This document shows positions 49,566 through 63,205 of a DNA stretch of 64,000 nucleotides, piece by piece (positions within the stretch are counted from its first letter, which is position 1; the number at the start of each line of letters is the position of its first letter). Made by a program: the position numbers and the translations under genes. The stretch is from Psilocybe cubensis (Eukaryota): the NCBI GenBank assembly GCA_017499595.2, contig CM039000.1:4092001-4156000 (forward strand), in the 5' to 3' direction. The notes beneath the pieces are model-generated. The model worked only from the letters and a program-made list of their open reading frames with translations. It did no database searches and was not told the origin of the DNA.

Positions 49566-50931
49566 ATGGATTACCTGGGTTTTCTTTTGAGTGTTCAGGC
49601 ACTTCCTCTGACGACTCAATTAGAAGGTCCTGATGCGGGAGTTATCCAAGAAGCTTATGCGCACTGTTGTGCGATGGAGGCTTCAGCTGGGGAGGAGAAG
49701 AAATTGCTCATGTATGCACGTGTACTCGGATACATGATCCTCGAGGCTCCGTCTAAATCCGGATCCTTGTTCATTGCGCGTGAGATAATAGAGTGGCGGA
49801 AGAATAAGTGGGATTTGAACTTGCTGGCAGAATTTTATGTGCATTATATCTTCGGAGCTTGTATGTTCATCTTGTTTTTCTGCTCGTTAATGATGTGTCA
49901 ATAGATCTCATCCTGTCTGTGATTCAGTCACCCGCCGCAGAAATGAATTTACTGATGAACGCGTGTATTATTCCTTCGAGGAAGAGGATTTGTATGGTAC
50001 TCCAGACCCATATCCGAGGGATGAAAATTCGGCTAGACGTACCGTGAGTTTTTTACATTGTCCTGCTACTTTCGCAGTAACTCTCAAGAAAATCAATTGA
50101 CATTTAGGTCTTACACCGCGATGGATTTTCGTGTAAAATAACACACATCCCCGATGAGCAATGCTTTCCTCTAATGACACCAGCCGAGCGAAAACAAGTA
50201 CTTGGTGGTCGGCCATATCATCATCAGGATCTAATTTTGTTGTGCAGTATAATCCCCCCTTCCATAGACTGGAACTTTGATCTATCTGCATATGGATTCC
50301 ACACGGTAGGAGGTCTTATACGGGTTTGAGTTCAACAAACATCCAATTTTATTGACACTCTATTGGATAGACTGAATGCTCAAAGACACTCGGAGACCTT
50401 CTATATGGATTCAGTGGCATTCCCGTCGCTACTGATCTTAGTGGTGATATGGTATATGACATGTCGAACAGCATTGCATTAGCATACATGACTAGAGAGC
50501 ACTTTAACGTTCTCGCTCTTTGGCTTGAGGAAGTTCCAGTAAGCTAGCACCATCCCATTTCGCTTCATATTCTCTATACAAAACGCTCATTCTTTTTCAT
50601 TATTTCAAAGGACAAACCCAACACATATCTTGTGCAAGCATACCGTGAGGGAATAGTCGATGATGACCCACCAGTGATCACATTCACAACACCATCCAAT
50701 ATCAATATACCGCTACCAAACTCAGAATACCTCCGCCTCCATGCATCTTTGGCCCGAATTGCGCATTTGTCGGGTGTATACCAATATCTTGACAATCTAC
50801 CCATGTTCGTGGAGACGCTTGATTCGGAAGGCAATTCGGGGGACATTTTGATGGCGAGGCTTTCTCGTGCGGTGTTGAGCGGTTGTAAATGTGTCACTTG
50901 GATAGACGTTGATGATGATGACTCTAAATGA
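49566..50931 (+). CDS. Fungal HNH-endonuclease-like protein with degenerate catalytic positions
   Basis: ARVLGYMILEAP N-terminal region, LHRDGFSCKIT, CSIIPPS, SNSIALAYMTREHFNVLALW, LPNSEYLRLHASLARIAHLSG; multi-exon. Confidence 0.75.
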
Positions 50932-51483
50932 TAAACAAACAGAAAATGAATATTATTAGGGATGTTATTAGAATTCAAATACTTTATTTTCATTGTCACC
51001 TTTCTTGCTCGTACGACACTGTTAAGGCTCACCAAATAGGCTCTCTCCCGACCCTGCACTCTCCAAGTTCACTTCCACGTTGTCGGCGTCGGCTGAAGGA
51101 TCATCACCAAAGAGTGCGGGTGGTTTATTGTTTAGCCTTATACCTCGCTATTAATTTTCTCTCCTGTCTCCTGTCATCGTCGTCTCCCTGTTCTGTTACT
51201 CCACGCATCTGATCTCCCTCTCCTTGTATAATGTCTGATGTCTGATGTCTGATGAGTACTATACGGCATCCGAGTGATGTTGTTGTCTGTGATAGCTATA
51301 TTGTTTTTATTTGTATCGACTGTAGCTTTGTTTCGATTCAAGGCTCGTCTGCTTGTTTTATGTCTGAGAGTCAGATAGGTCCCGGTCAACGACAACTTTC
51401 CAGGCCAGGCCCTTTAGCCATTCTAATGAAGGTATGTGTAAAATCATGACCGTTGAAGGGATGTTGTTTGATATCTATGATAT

Positions 51484-51602
51484 ATCATGACAGCGGGAAT
51501 TTATCCACTAGCTGAGAAGCCCGTATATTGAGATGATACAGTTGATGTATCATGACAGCATCCTCCACTAACTGAGAAGCCCGTAAATTGAGATGATACA
51601 GT
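51484..51602. repeat. Imperfect tandem duplication, about 60 bp x2
   Basis: TATCATGACAGC...TCCACTA.CTGAGAAGCCCGTA.ATTGAGATGATACAGT occurs twice. Confidence 0.85.
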
Positions 51603-51947
51603 CAATAGACACTAACATGGAATAGTCTAATTGCCTGCCACGGAGTTTCATTCCCACAAATGTTGCCGCTATCACAATCATGATTCGCCAAACATAAAAT
51701 CTATTCTCAATATTGATTAACACCTGAACTAAAACTATTCAAGAAGTTCTGTGATTAGCATCTGCTTAACTGGAGTCTTATATAGATCAGCAGTTGACCT
51801 ACGGCAGTTGAACGTATGGCCGCCCAACTGAGGGGAGAGTGACTCAGAGTGTATATCCTATGATCCAATGGAGTTTCTGCGATAGATTTGTATAAGTAGT
51901 GTGCAGTTTTCTCCATAGCTTTTAGTATTATCCACAAGTCGACTATC

Positions 51948-52962
51948 ATGTCCATTCCGAACATCACAATTCCTGCCAACATTGAAAACTATACAATTAG
52001 TGCAAGTCTTGGTGCTTCAATGCTTCAAAACCTTCTGATGGGTAAGTTTCCGGGTGCTTGATAACCAAAAATGCGATAACCGAATTTGATTAGGGATTTA
52101 TACAATGGTGTATGGCCTCACCATGTACATTTGCAGTGGGTAGTTTTTTTTTTGAAGAACAGCCTGAAATGCTGAGAGCTATCAAAGTCTCAAGAGTGTC
52201 ATCAAGAAGGGGACCCGGTAGCATGACAGTGTTGATAACAATATCCGTGCTCTACTGGTTAAACTTTGTCGATTTCCTTCTTCAGTGGTATTCTCTCGAC
52301 TGGTCATTTTTAATCAACAGAGGCACAAAGGATTTGATATATTGGGCATCGTTGGATAGTCCGCAGTGGCTTTATGCATTATCTATTATAATCGAGAGCA
52401 TTCTCCCTGTTGTATCTGATGGGCTTCTGGTGTGTAATATTTTGACCGCCAGGTTCATGCATTGCTCACTAATTTATAACAGACATGGAGATGTTATCAC
52501 GTATGGAGCGCATCAATGCGAATCATGTCCATTCCACTATTATTCGTTATAGCAGAATGTGGCAAGTAGATACGACATTCATCTACTATACCCGCTGACT
52601 TTGGTTGAGCAGCCTTGGCCACAATATTTACATTGTTCAATCTGATTTCGTCCGAAGTTACCAGCGACCAAAGAGCAACTTTGATTAATCATATTTACTC
52701 AGCGTTTATCTTCATGAGTCTAGTAACCACATTCACTGCCACACTTTTAATCGGATGCAAAATATACCCGGTATTTGGGACTATGCGTCGATCCAGGACG
52801 AGATACATGCATCTCATCACTATAATGGTTGAATCATCTTCGGTATATTCCCTATGCCTGCTCCTTCAGGCTTTGTGGAATACAATACCGGTGTGCTATT
52901 CTTTGGATTCCTTATTGAGCGAAGGGTTTTACTTCATCTCAGCCGCCTTAGATGTTATATCT
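51948..52962 (+). pseudogene. Third multi-pass membrane protein paralogue, interrupted in its last intron
   Basis: MSIPNIT...MLQNLLM|GIYTMVYG...SDGLL|TWRCYHVW...IMVESS...; donor GTATGC at 52963 is followed about 11 nt later by the repeat element. The terminal GIxPT exon was not found. Confidence 0.7.
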
Positions 52963-52973
52963 GTATGCGTTTT

Positions 52974-53667
52974 TCTAAGCTTATTCCCCCCCGAAGGGGG
53001 GGCCTTCGTTGCATTGGGCCTCCTGTTCAGAATTCCGGAAATCTGATGCCAGATTCGGATTCCTGGACCCCAAAAACCCCCAAATACACTTTCAAAATAT
53101 TTTATTTTGTACATACGGAGGTGCTACGTAATTAAATGTGTATTTTACCGAGGCCGGCCTCCAAATTGATGGAGGCCACTGGAGGCCGGCCTCCGTCTAA
53201 AAATAACTTTTGACAGGCACTGGAGGCCGGCCTCCGTCTAAAAATAAACGCGTCGAGGTGGCCTGAGGCCGGCCTCGATTCGTACTCGTGTTGTCCGCGC
53301 GAGTGGAGGCCGGCCTCCCGCCTGTCTCCCGACGCCTGCGCTCGCTGTCCCAACGCGTGTGCTTGCTGTCCCAACGCGTGCGCTTGCTGTCCCGACACGT
53401 GCGCTCGCCGCCTGCCTGACGCCTTCTCTCGCCACTGCGTGTCGTCGCGCCGCCACCTCCGGGCCGCTGCTGCCGCCGCCTCCACTCGATGCCTTTCGCT
53501 GCCGCTGCACCGCCTCTCCTTGCCGGCTGCCGTCCCGCCGTCGCCGCCTGTCATCCCGCCGTCGCGTCCACTCTCCGCCGACAATGACACGCACTCTGCT
53601 GCGTGTCGTTGCACCGCCACCCCCGAGCCGCTGCTGCTGCTGCCACCTACCCCACCCCGCCGCTGAC
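52974..53667 (-). mobile_element. Helitron-like non-autonomous element, copy 1
   Basis: Direct-repeat homologue of 56311-57215 with a sharp shared left boundary. On the minus strand it ends with hairpin CCCCCCTTCGGGGGG, then AATAAGC and TTAG; five GAGGCCGGCCTC palindromes inside. Confidence 0.55.
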
Positions 53668-56310
53668 GTTTGAACTTAACTCGCGCCCCACAACACGGCA
53701 TCTCGGCCTCGGCCTGTCTTCTTTTGATACACACGCTCGTTCCATCACAGCTCACTCGCAACCCACTCCCGCCGTGTCGCTCTCGTCCACGGTTTCTATT
53801 GCAATCGCACTCACCGCTTCCTTCTTGCGTTTCCCTCACATCCTCCTCCCCTCCGTCCCTCTCTGCACCAACGTAGGCACCCACAACACGTGTCCGCTTT
53901 GTGGGTGTAAAAACGGCTGGTACATGCGAGATAATGGCAGCTTCTTGACGTCTCCACTCACGCGTCAATCGGCAGGTAGTCGGTTGCTGTCTACCACGAT
54001 GGTGAGGGAATTGGGGTGTGGGATCAAAGGCAGAGCGTCGGGATGGGTGTTGTCGATGGGTGAAAGGTAGAGCGACGGGAGGGTCTTGTGGATGACGGCG
54101 ACAATGGGTTGTTCAGGTGAGTTCATTATGGGGCTTACATTGCGATGGCACTTACAAATGTCCTCTTGCCTTCACATCCGTTTCATTCCTACCTCTTCTC
54201 TCCTGCCCATCCTGTCTATTTCCACCTTGAAACTAAATTCATTTCTTCACCTTCACATTCCGAGGCGAAATGAAAGATGAAATGAAATCGATCGAGCTCA
54301 AGAGATTCAAGATGTCCATGAATCAATTAATTAATGAAGTACATACATACATGTACACACAGTTAGACTGTTAGAGTAATAAGAGGGATTACATACAGTA
54401 GTGTGGTGTCTGCAGGGTGCAGTGCAGGGTTCACGACGTGCCACATTGTACAGAGCACGCACAGCGCAGTCAGCGTGTCTTCTGGGGGTGTTGGATGACT
54501 GGAGTAGATGAGGCTGTGCAGAAAGTATCTTTGTTCCCTTGTCTTTCCTCACTGACTCCCATCCATAACCAAAACAATCCGCATCGTCCGCATGTACCCA
54601 CCAAATATAATGATACACCCAGCAATAAACCTTGCGACTCCGGCGCTCACAAAACCACGTTCTCCAACTCCTTCACCGACTCCTTGGCAGCTCCTTGCGG
54701 AACCAAGCACGTGTGATGCCTCCTCCCGCACCCAGCCCTCGGGGATGCTCGACGAAGCATGGGAGGGTTGAGAGGGTATTTGCTGGTGGGCGCGGGAGCT
54801 TGAGCTCGGGTTTAGGTTCAGGCTAGGGGGGTTGGGGAATAGGAAGTGGTGAGTGCAAGCGCGAGTATGGGTTTAGGGTGGTGAGTGCGAGCGCGAGTAT
54901 GGGTTTAGGGATGCAGGCCTTGCCTTCTCAATGTTACAAGGGATGTTGGGGGCGTGCTGTCAAGATGCGTCAGTACCACGTATCACAGTGATGGGCGGTA
55001 TGACTGACTACTTGCCTTTATCACCCCATCCACGCTGTCGTAACATCCAACAGTGTCGATATGCCGACGTGTCGCCCTTGCTATCACTCCGACCGCTCTG
55101 CCATCGACCTCATTCTCATTTGTGTTTTTGTGTTCAATGACGGCTGCGCATCCGGAAAAACCGCGACCGCGACCTCAACTTGAAGAGGGGGGCAGCGTCT
55201 TTCCTTATTCGGCATCAAAACGCGCGGCGGTCTGGAATGTGGTATTGCATGGCGCAGTCACTGGAAGGGGCGTTAATCATAAATAGGTCAGTTATTTGAA
55301 CAACATATGACCCGCTCTGTTACTCACCGTCGTTTTCCCATCCTTCCGCACTCCTCTAATCCCCGCCATCGCCCTCGTGAAGGTGTCTAGATCAAGCACA
55401 GTGTCGAGAGGGCCTGTTGGCGGCCTTCTGCATTGCAATTGTGGTTGGGGAAGGTCAGAAGCGGGCAATGGTGCTCTGCGGGATAGGTCAACATTGCGTG
55501 AGTAACTGTTTTCCTGTCTGTGTTAGTACTCACCATTGTTTGTTTTGTTAGCGTGCACATGTCATGAAGGTCGATTGAGGGCGGCAAGAGGCGTGGCGAG
55601 TAACCCGCAGAGACTGCTTGAGGGCGGGGAACGAAGGGTGGGTCATGATGGCAAGGGACCAGCGATTTGACAAGAGGGGAAAGCTGCCAAGGTGTGTATC
55701 AGTGCTGTCAGTATGAGTTATTGGGCATGTGCTTACCGTTGTCTCGTCAGTGGCAGTTGTACCAGCAACCTGTGGAGACCGCTTGAGGGGGGGAGCGAGG
55801 GGTAGGGCGGAATAGCATGGAGCACATCTTCTATGTTCAGACATCTGTGAATGCGGAGTGGGCCAAGCTGTTACATGTGACGAGTGTCTCGCGTATTTGT
55901 CCTTGTTATGCTGGCAGCAATCCACGGACTTGTAAAAATTCACTGTCGTCTCTCGCTCGTCTCCTTGTCGTCTTTTATGACAGTGCAAGAATGCGTCCCG
56001 AGAGGCTTTTCGAAGCAGAAGAAGAAGACGCGGCTTATCTCCGATTCTCGTCAAGCTTCCGCACTTCAACTTTCTCCCTTTGACACCGTGACGTTCTTCC
56101 TACTGCCACTGCATGTCCAAAGCACAGCCATGGTGAGTTCCTCCGTCTTCTTCCTTACCACAACCATATCACACCGCCCCTTATCTGAATATCCGCGGAG
56201 CAGCTCGATAACGGCCTCTATGCTCAAGCTGAGGTGGTGCGGACACCTCCTTGATTTACATATCACGCTTTAATGGTGCGTACACATCCACATTTACCAT
56301 CACCTCTGTC

Positions 56311-57215
56311 TCTAGGCTTATTCCCCCCCGAAGGGGGGGCCTTCGTTGCATTGGGCCTCCTGTTCAGAAATCCTGAAATCTGATGGCAGATTCGGATTCC
56401 TGGACCGCAAAAACCCCCAAATACACTTTCAAAATATTTTATTTTGTACATACGGAGGTGCTACATAATTAAATGTGTAATTTCTGGAGGCCGGCCTCCA
56501 AATTGATGGAGGCCACTGGAGGCCGGCCTCCAAATTGATGGAGGTCACTGGAGGCCGGCCTCCAAATTAATGGAGGTCACTAGAGGCCGGCCTCTGTCTA
56601 AAAATAATTTTTGACAGGCACTGGAGGCCGGCCTCCAACTAAAAATAAACACGTCGAGGCCACCTGAGGCCGGCCTCGATTCATGCGCACGTTGTACGCG
56701 CAAGTGGAGGCCGGCCTCCCGCCTGTCTCCCGACGCCTGCGCTTGCTGTCCCGACGCTTGCGCTCGCCGCCTGCCCTACGCCTGCGCTTGCCGCTGTGTG
56801 TTGTCGCACCGCCACCTCCGGGCCACTGCTGCTGCTGCCGCCTCCACTTGACACCTGTCGTTCAGCCGTCACCGCGTGTTATCACGCCGTCACCGCGTGT
56901 CATCCGGCCGTCGCCGCCTGTCGTCACGCCGTCACCGCCTGTCGTCCCGCCGTCTCGTCTACTCGCCGCCCACCACGACACGCACTCTGCTGCGTGTTGT
57001 TGCGCCGCCATCTCCGGGCCGCTGCTGCTGCCGCCGCCTCCACTTGTCGCCTGTTGCTGCCGCCGCGCCGCCTCCCTTCGCCGGCTGTCGTCCCGGCGCC
57101 GCCTCCCCTCGTCGCCCACAATGACACGCACTCTGCTGCGTGTCGTTGCACCGCCACCTCCGCGCTGATGCTGCCGCTGCCGCCTCCCCACTGCCGCCTC
57201 CACCCCGCCGCCTCG
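56311..57215 (-). mobile_element. Helitron-like non-autonomous element, copy 2
   Basis: Minus-strand end is a CCCCCCCTTCGGGGGGG hairpin, AATAAGC, CTAG; seven GAGGCCGGCCTC palindromes; GC-rich low-complexity interior. Confidence 0.55.
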
Positions 57216-57260
57216 TGATTTGTCGTGTTCTGTTTGTTGCTCAACATCTTCACCGCCGTG

Positions 57261-57563
57261 CGCGGAGTTTGAATGTCCCTGACAACAGCAGGGACAAACA
57301 ACGAGACATTTGTCGTCTTCCACCACCATATCTAGACCTCTTCCCCAACCACTCTAACAACAAAAATAACATTGCGGGACTACAGGAATACACGATTGGT
57401 GAGAGGGCATGCAGGAAAGCAAGGTAAAGGCACAGATCAGGGAGAGAAGTTGGGTGAGTGGTTTGCATATGTTTTCTTTTTTTTCTTTTTTTCACGACTC
57501 GAGGACACCCGCAACCCTCCCCTCTCCACCGCTATCACACCCTCAATTTCCCATTACACTGGC
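57261..57563. repeat. Dispersed repeat, inverted copy of 42790-43070
   Basis: Reverse-complement match; the peptide CLSLLLSGTFKLR appears at both sites in the ORF track. Confidence 0.85.
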
Positions 57564-58836
57564 CCAGCCCCTCTTCGATGGTGTAGACGTCTGTGCAGCA
57601 GGGATATGTTGCTAGGGAGGGATCTGGTGAGTGTCTGCGTTTGTTGTCCACGCCGACATGTCCCAGACAATTTCATGATGCTCCTCAATGTTGTAGACGA
57701 GTATGCGGGTGGAAATGGGTTACTAGGCGGTCGAGTAGACGGAATTGGTGAGTTGTCAAGGTTAGTTCAGCCTGATTCACAGTAAACCGCGCGCTGACTT
57801 ACTTACATAGGTGTCGTTGTCCGTCGCCGGCGTTGACTTTCAGGTTGATGCAACCTTGTTATGAGGCTGCCGTGGTCAACACGTTCAACAAGAACGGCCT
57901 CACATCTTTGTTACTGTTGGGCGGTTCACGGTGAGCAAGCGCGTGCTGCATTTTAGTGTGGAGAATGCTGCGTTTTAAGGTCAGTTCTGCTTGAATCATA
58001 GTAAACAGTGACTTACTTGCATAGGTACTGTTGTTCGACGCCGGCGTCACTTTCCAGGTTAATTCAGCACTGTTATGGGGCGGTCAATCAAGGGCGGTCT
58101 CCGGCGAACAAAAAAAAAACATGGGCTGACTTACAGTGTGCAAAGGGTCCGCCGCTTGCAGAGGCTTGTCGCTGTCGCAAACAGGTACGTGTCAACGCAT
58201 ATCCACGTCGAACAGCGTAATACTTATCTGCAAGTGTCCTACTAAAACCACACTCGCGTCCCGCGGCGTCTCGATGGGTAGAGTAGCCTGCACAGAAGGC
58301 TGGAGTTGAAGAATGAGATGTGAATGTGAATTGAGGAGGCTCACCGTGCACCGCCCTCGACGCCCGACACGCTGGGATGATGGTTGTGAGGTTGCAGAGG
58401 GATGCAAAGACAGAGTGGACTCACAGTGCGTCGTCAACCTCTACCTCACAGATCCTTCACTCATCGTCATACACATTCCTGCGAGGGAGATGGTCAGGAG
58501 CGGCTCATAATGCGAGGGGCGGACAATACTCACGGCATTACGGTGCGTTCACGTCGTTGCAAGGCGTAGGACAGCGGAGAGGGCGAGCTGAATGGCGTTG
58601 AGCGGAGGGCAGAGCAAAAGTGTGCGAGAAAAAATACATACCGTGTTGTCGGCCAGGCGTTCCAAAGGGCATTAAGCAGAGGGCGGTGGAAGGCGTTGAA
58701 AGGAGGGCAGTAGACGAGCAGAGGAGAGTGGAGTGTGGATTGGGGATGAAGAAAAAACCTCATAGTCCATGTCCTTTTTATATTTCAGCCACCCCTGTAC
58801 GTCCACGTCCATACAAAATGTAAAACGTCACGTTTC

Positions 58837-58838
<2 letters not shown>

Positions 58839-58868
<30 letters not shown>
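58839..58868. repeat. (TG)n microsatellite
   Basis: About 15 TG units read directly. Confidence 0.95.
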
Positions 58869-58872
<4 letters not shown>

Positions 58873-61800
58873 TTTGTGTTCTTTTCTTGGTTTTTCGGCC
58901 CATCTGTCCATCCATCCAGTTGCTAGTGTGTTACGCAATATCCTGTCGATCGGGTGGGTTTGATATCTTTGTTGTGTTGGATTCAATCGGCGCTGACTCA
59001 ATGTCCAACGATACTTTGACATTGCATACGGAATGCCAATGGGTTTGATATTTAGAGATTTGAAGTTAATCGACGACAACACCACTCGAAGATCAAGTGA
59101 ATCGCATTGAATCCCACTTCCAAACCATGCACATGCAGAATGTACTCATACGTTTATTTGTTATCTCTGCAATCTGCGCTGTTCTGATATCTCGTCACGA
59201 CACAGAACTTCTTTGCAAATGAAACACCGCTTTCTAGTGGCTTTACGCAATTCGAATTAACCATAGAGACCCGCTCCTGAGCCGAAGAGGAAGGGAAACG
59301 TTTGGAATGAGGTGATTTTGCAATTTTGGGGAGGAGGAGGGGGTCTTGACCGTGCGTTTGAATTTGTCTATGGGTGGATATGGGTATATTCAGATTCTGG
59401 GACATGAATTAGACAACCATGGATGTCATCAAACGGTGCAAAAACAACCATTGAATGACGCATATAATTGACCAATATGAATCACACTGCGACGCAACGT
59501 GGAACGGACGGCTTACCTGAGTGACCAGTTATTGATGTGAGTATCCAGAACACATTTGGTACTCGGAGCACACAGCAACACTCATTCGCACTTCGCACAG
59601 TGACAACTAGGCCATCATTTCAACTTGTGTCCGATTAGCTACCTTTTCCGACACAGTTGTAGACATCTGTTTCGCTTTTTTTCATTAACCATCGTGTGTT
59701 ATTTGTGCAACCGCTTACTCGCAACACACCGAGATGGCACCACACCGTCCAACACACGCCTAAACACTATTCCTTTCCTGTACTGCCGCCTGTGCGTGTC
59801 AATGTGCGTAGTTTGAGGCAGGCTTTAGGTACGTTGTGTTCAGTTCCTTCCCTCTACCTTCCCCAACGGCAACATCAATACCCTCGTCAGTGCCACATGC
59901 AGCAGCCCCACCGACAACGGTGACTTCTCCCACCAACCCTACATCAACACCTTAATCTCCTTCTCTTCTCGTCATTTTCAGCGCCAATCGCTACATTCAC
60001 TTTGCCAATACCCTCGTACAGCATCTGGGGATGGCCACCAAATTGACATCTAACGTGGTCCACTCTGCGCTTCAGAAGACTGGTTTGTGCATGACTGGTA
60101 TTTCATGGGGAGTGTTTCCTACCCCACCCTGTCTTCTTCTGGAAAGTTGCATATTAACCTCTATCTCCAGTTTACCACTTTTTCATAGCGTGGGTTGATA
60201 TGCATTCTTCCCTTTCCACTGTGCGTGGTGCTGTTTTTGTGTCTCCCAGAGCCGACTCACATAGACTTTCCAGAAGAACAACATCGGTGTGACCATCCAA
60301 ACTCGCGACGGACACTATACTGCGATGGAATGAGGGTTAGCTAAGGTGTTGCGGATGGGACAGGCAAGAATGTCGTCACGAATGTATTCTTTGCGAGACG
60401 TGGGTCTTTCTGAGGGGTGATGGGGTGTATGATAAACTCCTGGTGCGTCCATACGTGACTTAAACTATCGCGCATCTCTCACCGGGGATTACTTACCACA
60501 GTAGCTTAATACAACCATGAAACATGGCTTATTCTGCAGGTCGGAGAGCGCGAACTGCGCAAGATTGGGCAGCCGGATGGACATTGTAGACTTATTGAGA
60601 CACCTAGACATGGAACCAGGGCTTTTCTCTCTTTTTGAATTCTTTTCTTTTCCGGTTCTTCCTCGTTTGCATCCGCCTCTTCCTTCGGCACAACCACCAC
60701 GACATCCCTTGCCAACAGTCATTGCTATGGTCGTATACTTCGCAATGGAATGCCCCCCGACTGCATGCTCTCTAGAACCATCCTTTTCACCCAGCTTCCA
60801 CCCTTTGTAGCGCCTCTTCGCCAAGCTGGGGCCTCGTTTTCATGTTTGTGTCTTTGTCATCGGGCATTGGTACGTGTACCTTGTAACCAAACAAGAACAG
60901 GGTCACCGGTACGAATGTAAGACACAGACGCGGGCGATTTTGATGCTTAGTGGGGTACAAATGCTTGATCTAGATGAAATCATGCCATGCGTCGCATCAA
61001 GTAGCAGAGTGCCATCGCAAGCGCGGGTGTGCGTGTAAAGGTATGTGTGCTCACCGAGGCATTCTTCGATGATCGCGCAGATGTATAAACCGCGCTTCTG
61101 CGCCTGTGTTGCGTATGTCGGCTAAACAGAGTGTCAACGGTCTGGCTGGTGGTGAGTTCTTGATTCTCAACTTCGCCTTTCCTTTCATTACATTGCTGTT
61201 CCTCAAAGCCTACCCCGCTCGTCTCCACTCGTCCTTGTTTCCTGTGGCACTTGATTCCCTTTCGTCTTATCTTCCTCTTTTTTGTCTTCTTCCCGTGTCT
61301 AATTATTGCAAATTCATATACAAGGTGTAGCCGAATATCTCAAACTCGTATCATATCTCATGGTGCCATGGCCTGCTTCTGTCGTATTTTCATATTCTTT
61401 TTCTATTCTAATACACACATCAACCCACACCTCTACCCTTCCCGTCGTCGATGTTGCTTTTTGTTCTAGCATTGTATTGTTGCATTCATTGAGTGGTGTT
61501 CTCCGGGGATGGATAAAAAATTTCATGTTGCAACTTGAAAATTATGAGACTACGTGCTACGTGAGTGTTACTAGTACCTATTGATAAATTAAGGCTGATA
61601 TGAATCCAGCTCAAAATTTGAGAGAAGCGCGGTGGATGGAGGAGATGATGTTCCGAGGTACGTATGGATCTCATTTCAATGAGTATTGGAGATGCTTTCA
61701 CATTCCACAATTTGAGACTTTGATTGTGGTTATACACTGACCCTATATCTACGCTCAACATCTCCAAAGACACAGGTAGGTGCTTTTGTGAGTGTAATCA

Positions 61801-63038
61801 GTGCAAACGGATAATTGCAACATACACACATGAAACGAATCCATTGACGATCCACAGCTTCAGCAACCCCCATCAACGATTTCCGGATACCACTCAAGTA
61901 CCCAGGTATCCCCTATATGTCCACAGACACATCCAAAACCGCGTATTTCGCGCAAACAGCGCGTAGTTGCTGCCAGCTCACAGCAAGGTTCGTCAAGTTC
62001 ACCGCGTCTTCTTCTCATTTTTCTTTGAAAGATAGTTCGATCACGTATGTAAGGGTGTCGTAATGGGTTTTAAACGCGACGGGAGCGAAAAGGGAGCGGT
62101 TTGAATGGCCTGCAAATGTGTAAATGGGGAGGAGGAGAGGATGTGGTGTCGGCATTGTACGCGGTCTATTCAACATGTGAGCAGTCTGGGTCTATTATTT
62201 GGGTTAACATGGATGAGGAATATATGTATGTACCTCGTACTAGTAGTTTACAGGTGTATTTATGTCGTATTTGCGTATACGTGTACGTCGTTTGTCTCAA
62301 TTTATGTGTTCATTCAGGCCTTTCACAGATATTCGAATGGTTCTTATGTGTATCTACACAGTAGCCTGTGGTCTTTAACAATGGATATTTTTGTACACTG
62401 CTAACTAGCTCTCGAACTCGCTTTGAAACGAGTTGGTAGGAGCTAAATATCCATTTGATGACTCGCTGGGGAATGGGGATTGATGATTTTAATGGTTAGT
62501 GAATGGTACTCCTCTTCTACACTGTATATTACAATCGATGACCGGCTGGTATAGTCTATTTAATAGTAATTAAACGAAAATGAAACATCTCCTACGGAGG
62601 CCAATTGCAAAGTTGCCACTTCCCTGTGGCTTTAAACGACAGCCAGGCAAGTTCTAGCCTCCGTAACGTAAATTATAAATATATCTTCGTGCCATTGGAC
62701 AGTTGGAAACTGATTGAATATTGAGCATGGCGAAATCGAGCCGGGAAAGGAGGTGAGGATACTTTACGTGCATATTTCATGGGTTTCCATTGGCATTTTC
62801 GTGTGAGCGGTATAGTGTCCGGGAGTGCTGTTCAATTGCAGTTATATGCAGTAAACATGTGTGGAATAGTGTTTAACAGGAATGTACCTGGCTACAACTT
62901 TGCAACATTCAACTGCTGCATCGTGCTCTATGCATCTGCACCTCTAATTTAGATATCACACGTTAATGTGGAAATAACTCCGTACTTGAAACCCCGCTGG
63001 TGTTGTCGTGAATACACCACAAAGCACATATTAGCGTT

Positions 63039-63205
63039 GGTTAGGGTTTATGGTTTAGGGTTGGTGGTGACCACAAAAATACAGATTAGGATGGTTTAGG
63101 GTTTAGGTTTTAGGGTTGGTTGGGATTTGATAATACCATAAAAGCACAGATTAGGCTGGTTAGGGTTGGTAAATACAATTATATATGTAGCAGATTAGGG
63201 TTGGT
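63039..63205. repeat. Degenerate TTAGGG-containing repeat tract
   Basis: Several TTAGGGTT units within a larger CAGATTAGG...GGTT period. Confidence 0.7.

Noticed and set aside
53132-53968. 278-aa ORF and overlapping Arg/Ala/Pro-rich ORFs (also 56683-57329)
   Set aside because: Open in several frames because of GC-rich low-complexity repeat sequence; no domain signal.
56480-56720. CRISPR-like array of palindromic GGAGGCCGGCCTCC repeats with spacers
   Set aside because: Eukaryotic context, spacers are themselves repeated, no cas genes; these are internal repeats of a dispersed element.
59900-60830. Exon-like fragments on both strands
   Set aside because: No consistent frame or recognisable family.
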